The notes under the pieces are model-generated. The model was not told the origin of the DNA. It saw only the letters and a list, made by a program, of their open reading frames with translations, and made no database searches. A DNA stretch of 64,000 bases, from contig CAZOYV010000004.1 of NCBI GenBank assembly GCA_964584075.1, positions 1,131-65,130 of the forward strand, read 5' to 3'. Positions 46,763-57,800 of this stretch are shown here, in pieces; positions within the stretch are counted from its first letter, which is position 1; the number at the start of each line of letters is the position of its first letter. Origin of the DNA: an uncultured Rickettsiales bacterium (GTDB taxonomy: Bacteria > Myxococcota_A > UBA796 > UBA9615 > CAYRNR01). Made by a program: the position numbers and the translations under genes.

Positions 46763-49207
46763 GTGGGTGGCCCACGCCGGGCCAAGGGAGGATGGGGTTT
46801 GGGACGGATCGTAGTTCGGCTCGGGGGGGCGTGGCGCGGATTGATCCTTGCGGCGGCGCTGGCGTCGGCGGGCTGCCCGACCGCGGACGACGACGACGCC
46901 ACGCCGGCGGACGACGACGCCGGCGACGACGACGACGACGCCTGCGGCGAGGGCTACGTCGACGACAACGGCGAGTGCGTGCCGGAGCACTGCGGGGTGG
47001 GGACGTGGGGCGACCTGGACGTGGGCCCCGACACGGTCTACGTCGACGCCGCGGCACAGGACGGCGGGGACGGCTCGGAGGGTGCGCCGTACACCACGCT
47101 GCAGGACGGCTTCGACGCCGCCGGTGCCGCGGGTGGCGGCTTCGTCGCGGTGGCGCGCGGGACCTACGCCGAGAACGTGCTGCTCGGCGACGACCACCAG
47201 AACGTGACGCTGGCCGGGCGGTGCCTCGAGCTCGTGACGCTGGACGCCAGCGCCGGCGGCCCCGAGACCCAGGCGGTGTTCGTGCAGGTCGCGCAGATGG
47301 GGTCCGACCCGATCGCGGTCTCGGGGCTGACGATCACCGGGGCGACCGACGTGGGCGTCGCGGTGGTGGGCGGCAAGCTCGAGCTGACCGACGTGCGCGT
47401 GGTGGACAACGCCGCCGTGGGCGTCGGGGCCTACAACCAGCGGGCCAAGGTGTGGCTCGAGCGGGTGGAGATCGTGGGCACCACGCCCGACGCCGACGGC
47501 CACTACGGGCGCGGGATCACGGCGCAGTGGGAGGCCACGGTGACCGCCACCGACAGCTGGATCGTGGACAACCGGCAGTACGGGGTCTACGCCGCCGACC
47601 ACGCCGTGCTGGACTTCACCGACGTGGTCGTGGCGAATACGCAGCCGGACAGCGCCGGCGACTACGGGTGGGGGATCTACGCCCTCGAGGCCAGCGAGCT
47701 GACGATGCAGGGCGGCGATCTGACCGCCAACACCGACGCCGGGCTGTACCTCTCCGGCGACGGCACGCTGGGGCAGCTGACCGCCGTGGCGATCCAGGGC
47801 ACCGGGGTGGACGGGGACGGCGGCGACGGCCACGGCGTGATCGTCGCCCACGGCGCCGAGCTGGCGGCCACGCAGTGCGAGATCCGCGACCACGTCACCG
47901 GCGGGCTGCTGGTCCAGGACGAGGGCAGCCTCGCGACCCTGACGGACTGCGGGATCGGCGAGATCGCGCCCGACGACGGGGGGCTGCACGGCTACGGGGT
48001 CCAGGTGGTCTACGGCGCCACGCTGGTCGCCACCGACTGCGAGATCGACGAGTGCACCGGCCTGGGGGTGCTGGCCGCGATGGAGGGCAGCACGGCGACG
48101 CTGACGCGGGTGGACGTGCTGCGCACCGCCGACTCCCCCTCGCCGCTGACCGGGGCGATGGGGCTGGGCGTCCAGTCCGGCGGCCAGCTGCTGGCCACGG
48201 ACTGCCGGGTGTCGGACTACGCGATCGTCGGCGCCTACGCGCTGGGCGCGGGCTCGCGGCTGGAGCTGGTCGGGACCGACATCGACGGGGGTGCGCCCAC
48301 CGACGACGGCGACCGCGGCGGCGGCATCGGCGCCGGCGACGGGGCCGAGCTGATCGTCACCGACTGCGCGATCGACCAGGTCCCGGTGGACGGGATCCTG
48401 ATCGACGGCGCCGGCACCACCGCGACGCTGACCGACGTGACGGTCTCGAACGTCCAGCGCGCCACCACCGCCGGGGTCGGCATCGGCGTGGCGGTCCAGG
48501 ACCACGCCACCCTCGACGCGCTGCGCCTCGTCGCCGAGGACAACGAGGGCCCCGGGCTGCGCGGGATCGCCACCGCGACCGTGACCTGCACCGAGTGCAC
48601 GCTGCAGCGCAACGGGTTCGCCGGGGTCGTGGCCCAGGACGCCGCCGTGGCGCTGGTGGACTGCACGGTCACCGACAACGGCACCGATCCCAACGTCGGT
48701 GGCGGCGTGGGGATCTACGCCGAGGACCTGCTGGTCGGCCCCGAGCTGTCGGTCTCGGGGGGGACCGTGTCCGGCCACGACTACGCGGGCCTGTGGCTGC
48801 TGGGGCCGAACGGGTCCTACGACCTCGACGGCGTCGTGATCGACGACCACCCCGGGGTCGAGGTCCCCGCCCCCCTGGCGGGGCGGCTGCTGTTCCACGG
48901 CGACGCGCTCTACGCCACCGGCGGGATCCCCCCGTGGGACGGCGCCGCCGGGTTGCGGGTCGCAGGCACCACGATGTCCGGCTGCGGCGGCCCGGCGGTG
49001 TTCCTCGACGGCGCCTCGGCGCTGCTCGACGGCAACACCTACGGCGGCAACGCGCTGGACCTGCTGCAGCAGGACTGCGCCGGGATCGACCCACCGGTGG
49101 GCCACGAGGAGGCCGGCACCGCGGAGCTGTGCCCGCCGTACGACGATCCCGTCCAGGAGTGGACCTTCGACCCGTTCTTCAACGACCTGCCGCCGGCCAC
49201 GCAGTAG
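46763..49207 (+). CDS. lipoprotein with parallel beta-helix (PbH1) repeats and Asp-rich N-terminal linker
   Basis: Lipobox ILAAALASAGC. Repetitive G/D/T-rich beta-helix-like repeats. Start uncertain (GTG 46763 or TTG ~46797). Confidence 0.6.
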   Translation: MGGPRRAKGGWGLGRIVVRLGGAWRGLILAAALASAGCPTADDDDATPADDDAGDDDDDACGEGYVDDNGECVPEHCGVGTWGDLDVGPDTVYVDAAAQDGGDGSEGAPYTTLQDGFDAAGAAGGGFVAVARGTYAENVLLGDDHQNVTLAGRCLELVTLDASAGGPETQAVFVQVAQMGSDPIAVSGLTITGATDVGVAVVGGKLELTDVRVVDNAAVGVGAYNQRAKVWLERVEIVGTTPDADGHYGRGITAQWEATVTATDSWIVDNRQYGVYAADHAVLDFTDVVVANTQPDSAGDYGWGIYALEASELTMQGGDLTANTDAGLYLSGDGTLGQLTAVAIQGTGVDGDGGDGHGVIVAHGAELAATQCEIRDHVTGGLLVQDEGSLATLTDCGIGEIAPDDGGLHGYGVQVVYGATLVATDCEIDECTGLGVLAAMEGSTATLTRVDVLRTADSPSPLTGAMGLGVQSGGQLLATDCRVSDYAIVGAYALGAGSRLELVGTDIDGGAPTDDGDRGGGIGAGDGAELIVTDCAIDQVPVDGILIDGAGTTATLTDVTVSNVQRATTAGVGIGVAVQDHATLDALRLVAEDNEGPGLRGIATATVTCTECTLQRNGFAGVVAQDAAVALVDCTVTDNGTDPNVGGGVGIYAEDLLVGPELSVSGGTVSGHDYAGLWLLGPNGSYDLDGVVIDDHPGVEVPAPLAGRLLFHGDALYATGGIPPWDGAAGLRVAGTTMSGCGGPAVFLDGASALLDGNTYGGNALDLLQQDCAGIDPPVGHEEAGTAELCPPYDDPVQEWTFDPFFNDLPPATQ

Positions 49208-49220
49208 GCGCGGTCGCGCC

Positions 49221-49502
49221 CTACCGCTCGATCCAGAACGTCGGCTCGGTGAGCCGCTCCCCCTTGCACCGCGGGCAGCGCGAGGGCCGCTCGAGCCGGG
49301 CCGTGCGCAGCACGAACCCGCACCCGAGGCACTCCGACGGCGCCATCCGGAACCGCCGCGGGCGCCGCACCGAGCGCTGCACGTGGCGCAGGTCGGTGAC
49401 CACGTCCTCGATCGTCGCCCCCACCTCGGCGGACAGGTCGCGCGCCGAGGCCGGGCCCAGGGCGAGCAGCTCGGCGATCCGCTGTCGGCGGGTGATCCCC
49501 AT
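49221..49502 (-). CDS. small transcriptional regulator, HTH fused to C-terminal zinc ribbon (COG3357-like)
   Basis: 93 aa. N-terminal HTH region. C-terminal CLGCG...CPRC. Confidence 0.6.
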   Translation of the reverse strand: MGITRRQRIAELLALGPASARDLSAEVGATIEDVVTDLRHVQRSVRRPRRFRMAPSECLGCGFVLRTARLERPSRCPRCKGERLTEPTFWIER

Positions 49503-49804
49503 CGTGTTGCTCCGGCGTCCCGGTCGATCATACCGTGGCCGCCGCGCGGCGGATGGTGGGGGACGAGCTGCGGGCGTTCTGGGTCGGGGGTGGATCTCGA
49601 GGCCAGGCAATGCCATCGGGAGGGTGGGCGACGCCCCCCCCCATCACGGGTTCGACTCCCACACGACTCCGCCAATCGCCCGCCACCCCGACTTCCTGCT
49701 GCAGGACGCCGGGCGCGCCGAGCGGTTGCCGTGGGACGCGGGCTACCGCGAGGTGGTGCGGTACGCGGGGCGGCAGCGGCGGGTGGTGCCGCTCTCCGGC
49801 GGCG

Positions 49805-50611
49805 CTACTTGAGGCTCTGCAGCGAGAACTTGGAGTCGGGGACGTCCACGCCGTAGGTGATGTCCGAGTAGATCACCTCGGTGTACTCCTCGGGCTTGTC
49901 CGCGGGGATCATCTTCATCCGCGTCGGGGCCTGGCGGCCGCCCACGTCCTGGACGTCGCTGAACGTCATCGTGCGCTTGAGGTTGCCCTTCTCGTCCCAG
50001 TAGGTGATCTCGGTGGGCAGCTCGGTGTCGCCGGTGATCTCGACCACGACCTTGCCCCACACCACCGGGGCGTCGGGCTTGGGCGTGCAGGTGATGACGT
50101 ACTGGCCCTCGGGATTGTCGGCGGGCCTGCTGGTCATCTCGAAGGTGTAGTCGTCGACCATCCGCGACTCCTTGACCAGGTCGTCGTTGGTGAAGTGGCT
50201 GCCCATCCACGAGCCCGACATCATCGAGGCCGGGACCTTCATCGTGCGGTCGACCTTGGGCAGGTAGTTCCAGATGTTGTCCTCGACCTTCAGCGTCGCC
50301 ATCCCCGCCTCCTTGGGCGGGGACTCGATGATGATCAGGGACTTCTCGGTGCCCTTGGTCCACATCTTCATCGACATGCTGCGCTCCCAGCGGGCGGTCT
50401 TGACGTTCATCTGGACCGTGCCCTCGCTGGACTCGCCGCGGTACAGGTCGTCGGTGGTGTTGAGCAGCTCCTCGATGGTCGGCTCGGCCGCGGACGGGCC
50501 CGGGATCAGCAGGACCAGGGCCAGCAGCGCAGCGGCGGTGGCGGTGGCGGTGGCGGTTCTCACGGGGTGTTCACTCCAGTACTCGGGGGTTGCGAAGAGG
50601 ACGATCATCAC
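49805..50611 (-). CDS. LolA-like outer-membrane lipoprotein-sorting/carrier family protein
   Basis: Signal-peptide-like Thr/Ala-rich N-terminus. Size and composition as in the LolA-like proteins that accompany MacB/FtsX exporters. ATGA-coupled to the ATPase. Alternative GTG start at 50563. Confidence 0.55.
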   Translation of the reverse strand: MMIVLFATPEYWSEHPVRTATATATAAALLALVLLIPGPSAAEPTIEELLNTTDDLYRGESSEGTVQMNVKTARWERSMSMKMWTKGTEKSLIIIESPPKEAGMATLKVEDNIWNYLPKVDRTMKVPASMMSGSWMGSHFTNDDLVKESRMVDDYTFEMTSRPADNPEGQYVITCTPKPDAPVVWGKVVVEITGDTELPTEITYWDEKGNLKRTMTFSDVQDVGGRQAPTRMKMIPADKPEEYTEVIYSDITYGVDVPDSKFSLQSLK

Positions 50612-51309
50612 GCCTCCTGGGCCTTGGTCTCGTCGCGGTCGACCTGGCCGTCGACCAGATGGACGATCCGGCGGGCGTGCTCCATCACCCGCTGGTCGTG
50701 GGTCGAGAAGATGAACGTCACGCCGTGGTCGCGGTTGAGCTTGCCCATGATGTCGAGCAGCTTCTCGGCGGTCTCGCTGTCCACGTTGGCGGTGGGCTCG
50801 TCGGCCAGCACCACCGCCGGGTTGGACGCGATCGCGCGGGCGATCGCGACGCGCTGCTGCTGCCCGCCGCTCATCTCGTGGGGGCGGCGGTCCTCCATCC
50901 CCGCGAGCCCGACCTCCTCGAGCAGCTTCATCACCTTGTGCTTGCGCTCCGACGCCGGGCCGCCCTGCAGCGCCAGCACCGCCTCGGCGTTCTCGTAGGC
51001 GGTGAGCACCGGGATCAGGTTGTAGGCCTGGAACACGAAGCCGATCCGGTCGCGCCGCAGCTGGCTGAGCTGCCGCCGCGACATCTGCGACAGCTCCTTG
51101 CCCTCGACCGTCACCGTGCCCGAAGACGGCTTGTCCAGCGCGCCGATCAGGTTCAGCGCGGTGGTCTTGCCCGAGCCCGACGGCCCGCAGATCGCGACGA
51201 ACTCGCCCGGCTGGACCTGGAGATCGAGGCCGCGCAAGGCGTGGACGTCGATCTTGCCCTGGCGGTAGGTCTTCTCGACGCCCTTCATCTCGACGATCGG
51301 TTTGCTCAT
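50608..51309 (-). CDS. ABC transporter ATP-binding protein (LolD/MacB-type)
   Basis: Walker A GPSGSGKTT, signature LSGGQQQRVAIARA, Walker B VVLADEPT. GGGAG RBS. Confidence 0.9.
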   Translation of the reverse strand: MSKPIVEMKGVEKTYRQGKIDVHALRGLDLQVQPGEFVAICGPSGSGKTTALNLIGALDKPSSGTVTVEGKELSQMSRRQLSQLRRDRIGFVFQAYNLIPVLTAYENAEAVLALQGGPASERKHKVMKLLEEVGLAGMEDRRPHEMSGGQQQRVAIARAIASNPAVVLADEPTANVDSETAEKLLDIMGKLNRDHGVTFIFSTHDQRVMEHARRIVHLVDGQVDRDETKAQEA

Positions 51310-51326
51310 GGTTCGCTCCCTCTCCC

Positions 51327-52583
51327 TCACACCAGGTTGATCGACTCGACGGGCTCGACGCGGCCGGCCTTCCACGCGGGATACAGGCCGGCGAGCATCG
51401 TGGCCAGCACGATGGACAGCGCGATGGCGAGCATGTGCTCGGGGAACACCCCGAACGGCATCACCGGGTCGAAGCCGACGCCGGAGATGTCCATGCTGGT
51501 CATCCCCATCTGCTGGTACGTCGCGGTCATGTCCAGGCCGTTCTTGTTCAGGTACAGGTACAGCGGCGCGGTGAGGGCCACGCTGAGGATCAGCCCCAGC
51601 GCCGCGAAGATGCCGCTCTCGGCCATCACCAGGCCGAAGATCTGCCCCGGCGAGTAGCCCACCGCGACCATGATCCCGAACTCGCGGATGCGCTCCATCA
51701 CGCTCATGAAGATCGTGTTGAAGATCCCCGCGGCGACCAGGATCGCGATCACGATGCTCATCACCAGCCCGCCGCCCTTCTTCATCGCGATGAAGGTCTT
51801 GATCTCGGGCTGCAGCTCGTCCCAGGTCAGCACCGCCACGTTCCCGCTGACCAGCTCCTGGATGCGCTCCCGGGCGGTCAGCGTGCGGCGGCCGTTGTCG
51901 AGGAAGATCGCCACCTGGGTGCTCTCGTCGGGGTCGTAGCCGACCACGTCGCGCACGGTGTCGATCGGCAGCAGCACGATCGCCGCGTCGGTGCTCTCGG
52001 CGCCGGTGGTGACGATCCCCGACAGCCGCTCCATGCCGCTGACGATCTCGCCGCCCTTGTCGGTCAGCGTGAACACCACCTTGTCGCCGAGCTCGGCCTC
52101 GAGGTTCTCGGCGAGGACCTTGCCCAGGATGATCCCGTCGTCGTCGGGCCGGGTGAACAGCTCGCCCTCGATCAGCCCGTCGGTCCACTCCAGGGTGTCC
52201 TCGGACTCCTGGGTCGGGTCGTAGGCGATGAAGAACGCGCCGAACGAGTCGGACGCGGTGGCGAGCATCGCCTGGCCGGTGGTGCGCTCCACGGCGGTCT
52301 CCACCTCCGGATCGGTCTCGACGTTCGCCCGCTTCTCGTCGGTCTCGGTGACGGTGCGCGTCAGCGTCGGCTTGTCCAGGTACTCGGGGTGCTGCAGCGC
52401 GATGTGGCCCGAGCCCATCCGCGCCGTGGTGTCGATGAAGTCGACCCAGGTGTAGTCCTGCATCCCGGTCATCATCACGGCGAAGAACGTGCCGAAGGTG
52501 ATCGAGATCAGGGTCAGGATCGTGCGCCGCTTCTGTCGCCAGAGGTTGCGCCAGGCCATCTTGAGGATCTTGAGTGCGCTCAT
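51327..52583 (-). CDS. ABC transporter permease, FtsX/MacB-like
   Basis: N-terminal TM, large periplasmic domain, three C-terminal TMs. AGGAGG RBS. Confidence 0.8.
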   Translation of the reverse strand: MSALKILKMAWRNLWRQKRRTILTLISITFGTFFAVMMTGMQDYTWVDFIDTTARMGSGHIALQHPEYLDKPTLTRTVTETDEKRANVETDPEVETAVERTTGQAMLATASDSFGAFFIAYDPTQESEDTLEWTDGLIEGELFTRPDDDGIILGKVLAENLEAELGDKVVFTLTDKGGEIVSGMERLSGIVTTGAESTDAAIVLLPIDTVRDVVGYDPDESTQVAIFLDNGRRTLTARERIQELVSGNVAVLTWDELQPEIKTFIAMKKGGGLVMSIVIAILVAAGIFNTIFMSVMERIREFGIMVAVGYSPGQIFGLVMAESGIFAALGLILSVALTAPLYLYLNKNGLDMTATYQQMGMTSMDISGVGFDPVMPFGVFPEHMLAIALSIVLATMLAGLYPAWKAGRVEPVESINLV

Positions 52584-52593
52584 GCTCCACCTC

Positions 52594-53904
52594 CTACTGG
52601 TGCTGCATGGCTTCCACGGGGCTGATCCACGCCGCCTTGAGGGCGGGGTACAGCACCGCGAAGAACACGATGACGAAGAGCAGGAAGATCGGCTGGCCCG
52701 TGGCCTCCACCGAGTAGTACGACTTCCAGATCGCGGGCATCGTCAGGCCCACCAGCTGCATCCCGCCGAGCTTGCCGGCGTCGATCCCGTGCTCGGACAG
52801 GTACCACATGAACGGCGCCGCGACGATGATCCCGACCACGGTGGCGACGACGGCCTGGAAGAACCCCTCGAGCATCATCATCGAGGCGACCTTGACCGGC
52901 CCGTAGCCGATCGCCTTGAGCACGCCGAACTCGCGGATCCGCTCGAACACCGCCATCAGCATCGCGTTGAGGATCAGGATCGCCACGGCCAGGTAGACGA
53001 TCAGGTAGATCACCCCGATGATGCTGTTCACGCCCTCGATGTACTGGGCCAGCATCGGGTTGATCTCCTTCCAGGTCTTGACCGCCACGGCGTAGGTCGG
53101 CACCTCCAGCGGCGGCTCGTCGGGGTTGGTCAGGGCGTGGACCCGGGCCTCGAGCTCGACGGCGTTCTGCTCCGCGGCGGGCGGCAGCCCGACCTTCCCG
53201 CGGACCAGGTCGCCGGCGGCCACCAGGTCCGAGCCGGTGGGCCGGCGGACGATGATCTTGTGGGCCCCGTCGGGCAGCACCATCAGCTCGCGGAAGGTGT
53301 CCTCGGGCACGAAGATCGCGGTGCGGTCCGTGCCCGCGGCGATCGTCATCAGGACGCCCCGGACCGTGAACAGCTCGTTGGCCATGCTGCCGTCGGCGGC
53401 CTGGGACAGCACCACCACCTCGGAGCCGAGGTCCAGGTCGAGGGTCCGCGCCAGGCCCTTGCCGACCACGACCCCGTCGGGGTCCGCGGCGTCGAGCCAG
53501 CTCCCCTTGCCGACGTACTGGCTGATCTCCAGCACCTCGGGATCGCGGACCGGGTCGACCCCCACCAGGCTGACGCCCGCCGAGTAGTCCCCGGACGCCG
53601 CGAGGCCGCCGGCGTACAGCCGCGGTGCGGCGCGGAAGCCCTCGGCCTCGAGCTGGTCGATGATCGCCTCGTGACCCTCGACGACCTCGAAGATCGAGGG
53701 CTTGGTCGAGTACGCCGGCGTGGTGATCTGGATGTCGCCGGTGTCGATCGCGACCGCGTCCTCCTCCATCCCCAGGATCAGGCCGGTGACGAGGCCGGAG
53801 TAGAGCAGCTCGACGACCAGCGCGATGGTCATCGCGACGATGGTGACGGCCGAGCGGCGGTAGTTCCGCCACACGTTGCGCCACGCCATCTTGAGGACCC
53901 TCAT
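52594..53904 (-). CDS. ABC transporter permease, FtsX/MacB-like (second copy)
   Basis: Same architecture as the previous permease. ATGA-coupled to the TetR gene. Confidence 0.8.
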   Translation of the reverse strand: MRVLKMAWRNVWRNYRRSAVTIVAMTIALVVELLYSGLVTGLILGMEEDAVAIDTGDIQITTPAYSTKPSIFEVVEGHEAIIDQLEAEGFRAAPRLYAGGLAASGDYSAGVSLVGVDPVRDPEVLEISQYVGKGSWLDAADPDGVVVGKGLARTLDLDLGSEVVVLSQAADGSMANELFTVRGVLMTIAAGTDRTAIFVPEDTFRELMVLPDGAHKIIVRRPTGSDLVAAGDLVRGKVGLPPAAEQNAVELEARVHALTNPDEPPLEVPTYAVAVKTWKEINPMLAQYIEGVNSIIGVIYLIVYLAVAILILNAMLMAVFERIREFGVLKAIGYGPVKVASMMMLEGFFQAVVATVVGIIVAAPFMWYLSEHGIDAGKLGGMQLVGLTMPAIWKSYYSVEATGQPIFLLFVIVFFAVLYPALKAAWISPVEAMQHQ

Positions 53905-54704
53905 CGCTCACCTCCCGCGTCCCGCGCGGCCGGCGGGGCCGCGATTCCGTCGATCAGCATGTCCGCCAGGATCGAGGCGTAGCGCTCCAGCGGCAGGCCG
54001 CCGGTGATGCGCTCGTCGTCCATGAAGCCCGCGGAGTACATCAGCCCGACCAGGACCTTGGCCCGGTCCTCGATCTCCTCGCGGGCCAGGCGCGTGGGGC
54101 CCACCGCGCGGCGCACCAGGAAGCCGAAGAACGCCGCCTGCAGGTCGATCGCCTTGAGCTGGTTGCCGGCGCCGATGCCCATGTCCTCCATCGCGTTGAT
54201 CAGCTCGGCGTCGCCCTGCATCAGCCGCGACACCAGCGGCATCCGGTTGACCAGGATGAACACCTCGCGGATGTAGGCGCGGAGCTTCTCGCGGCTGGAC
54301 AGGTCCCCCTTGAGCACGTCCATGATCCCGCCGACGAACTGCAGCTTCTCCAGCGCGATGCAGTGCATCAGCAGGTCGGCCTTGTTCTTGAAGTACAGGT
54401 AGACCGTGCCCTTGGCCACGCCGGCGGCCTGGGCCACCTCATCGACGCTGGTCTTGCGGTAGCCCTGCTGGATGAACAGCTCGGTGGCCGCCAGCAGGAT
54501 CCGGCGCCGCTTGATCTCCTTGGGGGTCCTGGGGTCCCTGGCCCCGGCGAAGCGCTCGATCAGCCTGGTGCCCTGCTTGAGGAACAGCTCGCCGGCGGCG
54601 TCCATCATCCGCACGCTGGAGCCCTCGACGTGGAAGATCTTCGTCAGATCGCCGAGGTACTCGTCGAGGATCTGGCCCAGCTCTCGGTGCTGCCATCTGG
54701 TCAT
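53901..54704 (-). CDS. TetR/AcrR-family transcriptional regulator
   Basis: TetR HTH (RRRILLAATELFIQQGYRKTSVDEVAQAAGVAKGTVYLYFKNK). Start uncertain (54704, 54608 or 54605). Confidence 0.8.
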   Translation of the reverse strand: MTRWQHRELGQILDEYLGDLTKIFHVEGSSVRMMDAAGELFLKQGTRLIERFAGARDPRTPKEIKRRRILLAATELFIQQGYRKTSVDEVAQAAGVAKGTVYLYFKNKADLLMHCIALEKLQFVGGIMDVLKGDLSSREKLRAYIREVFILVNRMPLVSRLMQGDAELINAMEDMGIGAGNQLKAIDLQAAFFGFLVRRAVGPTRLAREEIEDRAKVLVGLMYSAGFMDDERITGGLPLERYASILADMLIDGIAAPPAARDAGGER

Positions 54705-54790
54705 ACTGACTGTTTATGCCCATTCGGTCAGTTCGTCAACCTGTTCCGCGAAACAAATCGCAACTATTTGATTTTTCGACGCTATTGAAT
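54705..54790. promoter_or_regulatory. two inverted repeats in AT-richer divergent region (ACTGAC-N16-GTCAGT; TGACTGCAT-N7-ATGTAGTCA)
   Basis: Direct reading. Located between the TetR gene and the divergent kinase gene. Confidence 0.3.
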
Positions 54791-54883
54791 TGACTGCATC
54801 CAAACATGTAGTCAGAACGGGGTCAGGCGCGCGGGTACGCTACAGTACGCACGAGGGAGGGAACCGCCAGCCGGCGCCCCACG

Positions 54884-57800
54884 ATGAGCACCACGCCCCC
54901 GACCCTGATCGCCGAGCCCGGCGAGCGGATCGACGGCCGCTACCGCCTGCGCGAGCGGCTCGGCGGCGGCGGGGTCGGGGTGGTGTTCCGCGCCGAGGAC
55001 GAGGGGGACGGCGGCCAGGACGTGGCGCTGAAGTTCCTGCGCCCCGAGCTCGTCGCCGAGGAGCGCCAGCTGCACCGCTTCCTGCGCGAGTTCCGCGCGG
55101 TGTCGCGGCTGGACCACCCCGGCTGCGTGCAGGTCTTCGCCGAGGGGGTCGACGCCGGGCGGCGGTTCTTCGTGATGGAGTACGCCGGCGGCGGCGACCT
55201 GCACGCGCTGCAGAAGGCCCCCACCGAGGTGCTGGTGCCGGTGCTGGTGCGGATCGCCGCGGCGCTGCAGTACATCCACGGGGCGCGCATCGTGCACCGC
55301 GATCTCAAGCCGGGCAACGTGCTGCTCACCGCCGGCGACCCGCCGGCGCCCAAGCTCGCCGACTTCGGGCTGGCCAAGCTGGTCGAGGCCGGCTCGACGA
55401 TCACCGAGTCCGGCGTGCTGATGGGGACCCCGGCGTACATGGCGCCCGAGCAGGTCACCGGCGACCCGGTGGACCCGCGCACCGACCTGTACGCGCTGGG
55501 CTGCCTGATCCACTTCCTGTTCGCCGGGCTGCCGCCGTTCGTCTCCGAGGGCGGGGCGTTCCCGCTGATGCACGCCCACCTGGAGACCCCGCCCCCGCGG
55601 CTGCGGGTCCGGGCCCCCGACGCCCCGCCGGCGCTGGAGGACCTCACCGCGCGGCTGCTGGCCAAGGACCCGGCGCTGCGCCCCCAGCGCACCGGCGAGG
55701 TGGTCGACGCGCTGCGCGCGCTGCTCGACGACCTCGGTGGGGCCACGCAGGCGGACTCGATCCCGTCGTCGGCGCCCACCGGCCGCACCTTCCTGTACCG
55801 CCCGCCGTTCCTGGGCCGCGACGAGGAGCGCGGCCAGGTCTCGGCCTGGATCGACGAGGCCTTCGTCGGCGAGCGGGGGGCCCCGGAGGTGGTGCTGCTG
55901 CAGGGCCCGGCCGGGGTGGGCAAGACCCGGCTGCTGGACGCCGTGCGCGGCGACCTGGCCCGCCGCGGGGTGGTGCTGCTCGCCGCCAGCGCCCGGGGCC
56001 AGGGCGGCGAGCCGTTCGCCCCGTTCCCCTCGCTGGAGCGCGCCGCGGCGCGCCACACCGAGGACACCGACTCGTACCCCGAGCCGGCGATCACCGAGCA
56101 GCCGACGCTACGCAAGCCGTTCGAGGCGCTGGTGCGGGCCAGGGCCCCCGCGCCGCGGACCGCGGCCAGCCCCGCCGCCGCCGACCCGGCCCAGGCGCGG
56201 CGCGCGCGGGCCCAGACGCTGGCCGAGCAGCTGGTCACGCTGGACGAGCAGACCCCGGTGGCGGCCCTGATCGAGGACCTCCACGACGCGGGCCCCGGCG
56301 CGCTGGACTACCTCGCCGACCTGCTCGCGGCGCTGCGCGACACCCCCGGCCGCCCACCGGTGCTGCTGCTCACCAGCCGCCCCGGCGCGGTGGTCGACGC
56401 GCTGCGCGGGTGGGCTCGCACCGGGCGGAGCCGCGTGGCCACCCTGGAGCTGCAGCCGCTGGGCGACGAGGCGGTGGCGGCGATGGTCCGGATCCAGCTC
56501 GGCGCCCCCGACGACGACAGCCTCGACACGCTGATCGACCTGATCACGCGCGAGTCCGAGGGCAACCCGCTGTTCGTCCAGGCCTACCTCGAGGCGCTGG
56601 TCGACGAGGGCGTGCTCGACCGCGACCACGACCGCTGGGTGGTGTCGCAGGACGGGCGCCCGAGCCAGTCGATGCCGCGCACGATCGACCACATCCTGCG
56701 CGAGCGGCTGGCGTCGCTGGGCGAGGACGCGCGCCGGCTGCTCGAGGTCGCCGCGGTGGTGGGGACGCGCTTCGACTTCGACCTGCTGCGCGCCGTCACC
56801 GGCCAGCCCGTCGGCGCGCTGCTCGACGCCCTCGACGAGGCGCTGCGCGACGGCGTGGTGCGCAGCGTGCGGGGCCCCCGCCACCGGGACGTCTACGCCT
56901 TCGACCACGGCAAGCTCGCCGAGGTGCTGTACGACGACCTGTCCCCCAGCCGCCGGCGCGCCTACCACCACGCGACGGCCGAGGCGCTGGTCGCGCGAGG
57001 CGGCGAGCCCGTGGCCCTGATCGCCTACCACCACGCCCGCGGCGAGGACGCCCGGGCGGCGCTGGCGGCGCTGCGCGAGGCCGGCCGCGAGGCGCTGGCG
57101 GCCCACGACCACGTCCAGGCCGAGGCCCACCTGCGCGAGGCGCTGGCCCGCGTCGACCAGGCCGCAGCGGCGGATCGCGACGCGCTCCACGGGGAGCTCA
57201 CCGCGATGCTCGCCGACGCGCTGCGCGGCCAGGGCCGTCACGCCGACGCGGTGCCGGCGCTGCGCCGGGCCCACCAGGCCGCCCGCGGCACGGTCGCCGA
57301 GGCCCGCAGCCTGCGCAAGCTGGGGCGCAGCCTGTTCCTCGCCGGGGAGACCGAGGCCGGGCTCGACGCGCTGGACCGGGCGCTGCGGGCCCTGGGGGAC
57401 CGCGCTCCGGGCGGACGCGGGGAGGTCCTGGTGCGGTTCGTCGCCGAGCTGGCGGGGCTCGCGCTGGGCTCCGCGCTGGGCTTCCGCCGCGGCGACCCCG
57501 CCGTGCTGCGCGAGCGGGCGCTGGCCCACCGCGACCTGTCGGTGGTCAACCAGTGGCGCAACGTGGAGCGCACCGCGGCCCACCACCTGGCCTACCTGCG
57601 GCTCGCCGAGCGGCTGCGGCAGCCCGAGTTCCTCGTCGACGCCTACGCGACCAACATGCTGGTCTCGTCGGTGTTCGGCCTGGAGAGGCGCGCCAACCGG
57701 CTGCTGGCCCGCGCCTCCGAGCTCGCCGAGCGCGCCGGCGACCAGCTCGGCGAGGTGCGGCTCCACACCTCGGCGGGGATGACCGCCTACCTGCGCGGCG

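Noticed and set aside
46406-49675. 1089-aa minus-strand ORF
   Set aside because: Antisense to the beta-helix lipoprotein gene. The repeat seen in its translation (PRFGSNRAKKSNS / PEHGSDRARKWNS) simply reflects the intergenic DNA direct repeats.
49640-49690. tRNA-like T-arm string GGTTCGACTCC
   Set aside because: The flanking sequence cannot form acceptor, D and anticodon arms. Neither a tRNA nor a tmRNA 3' end.
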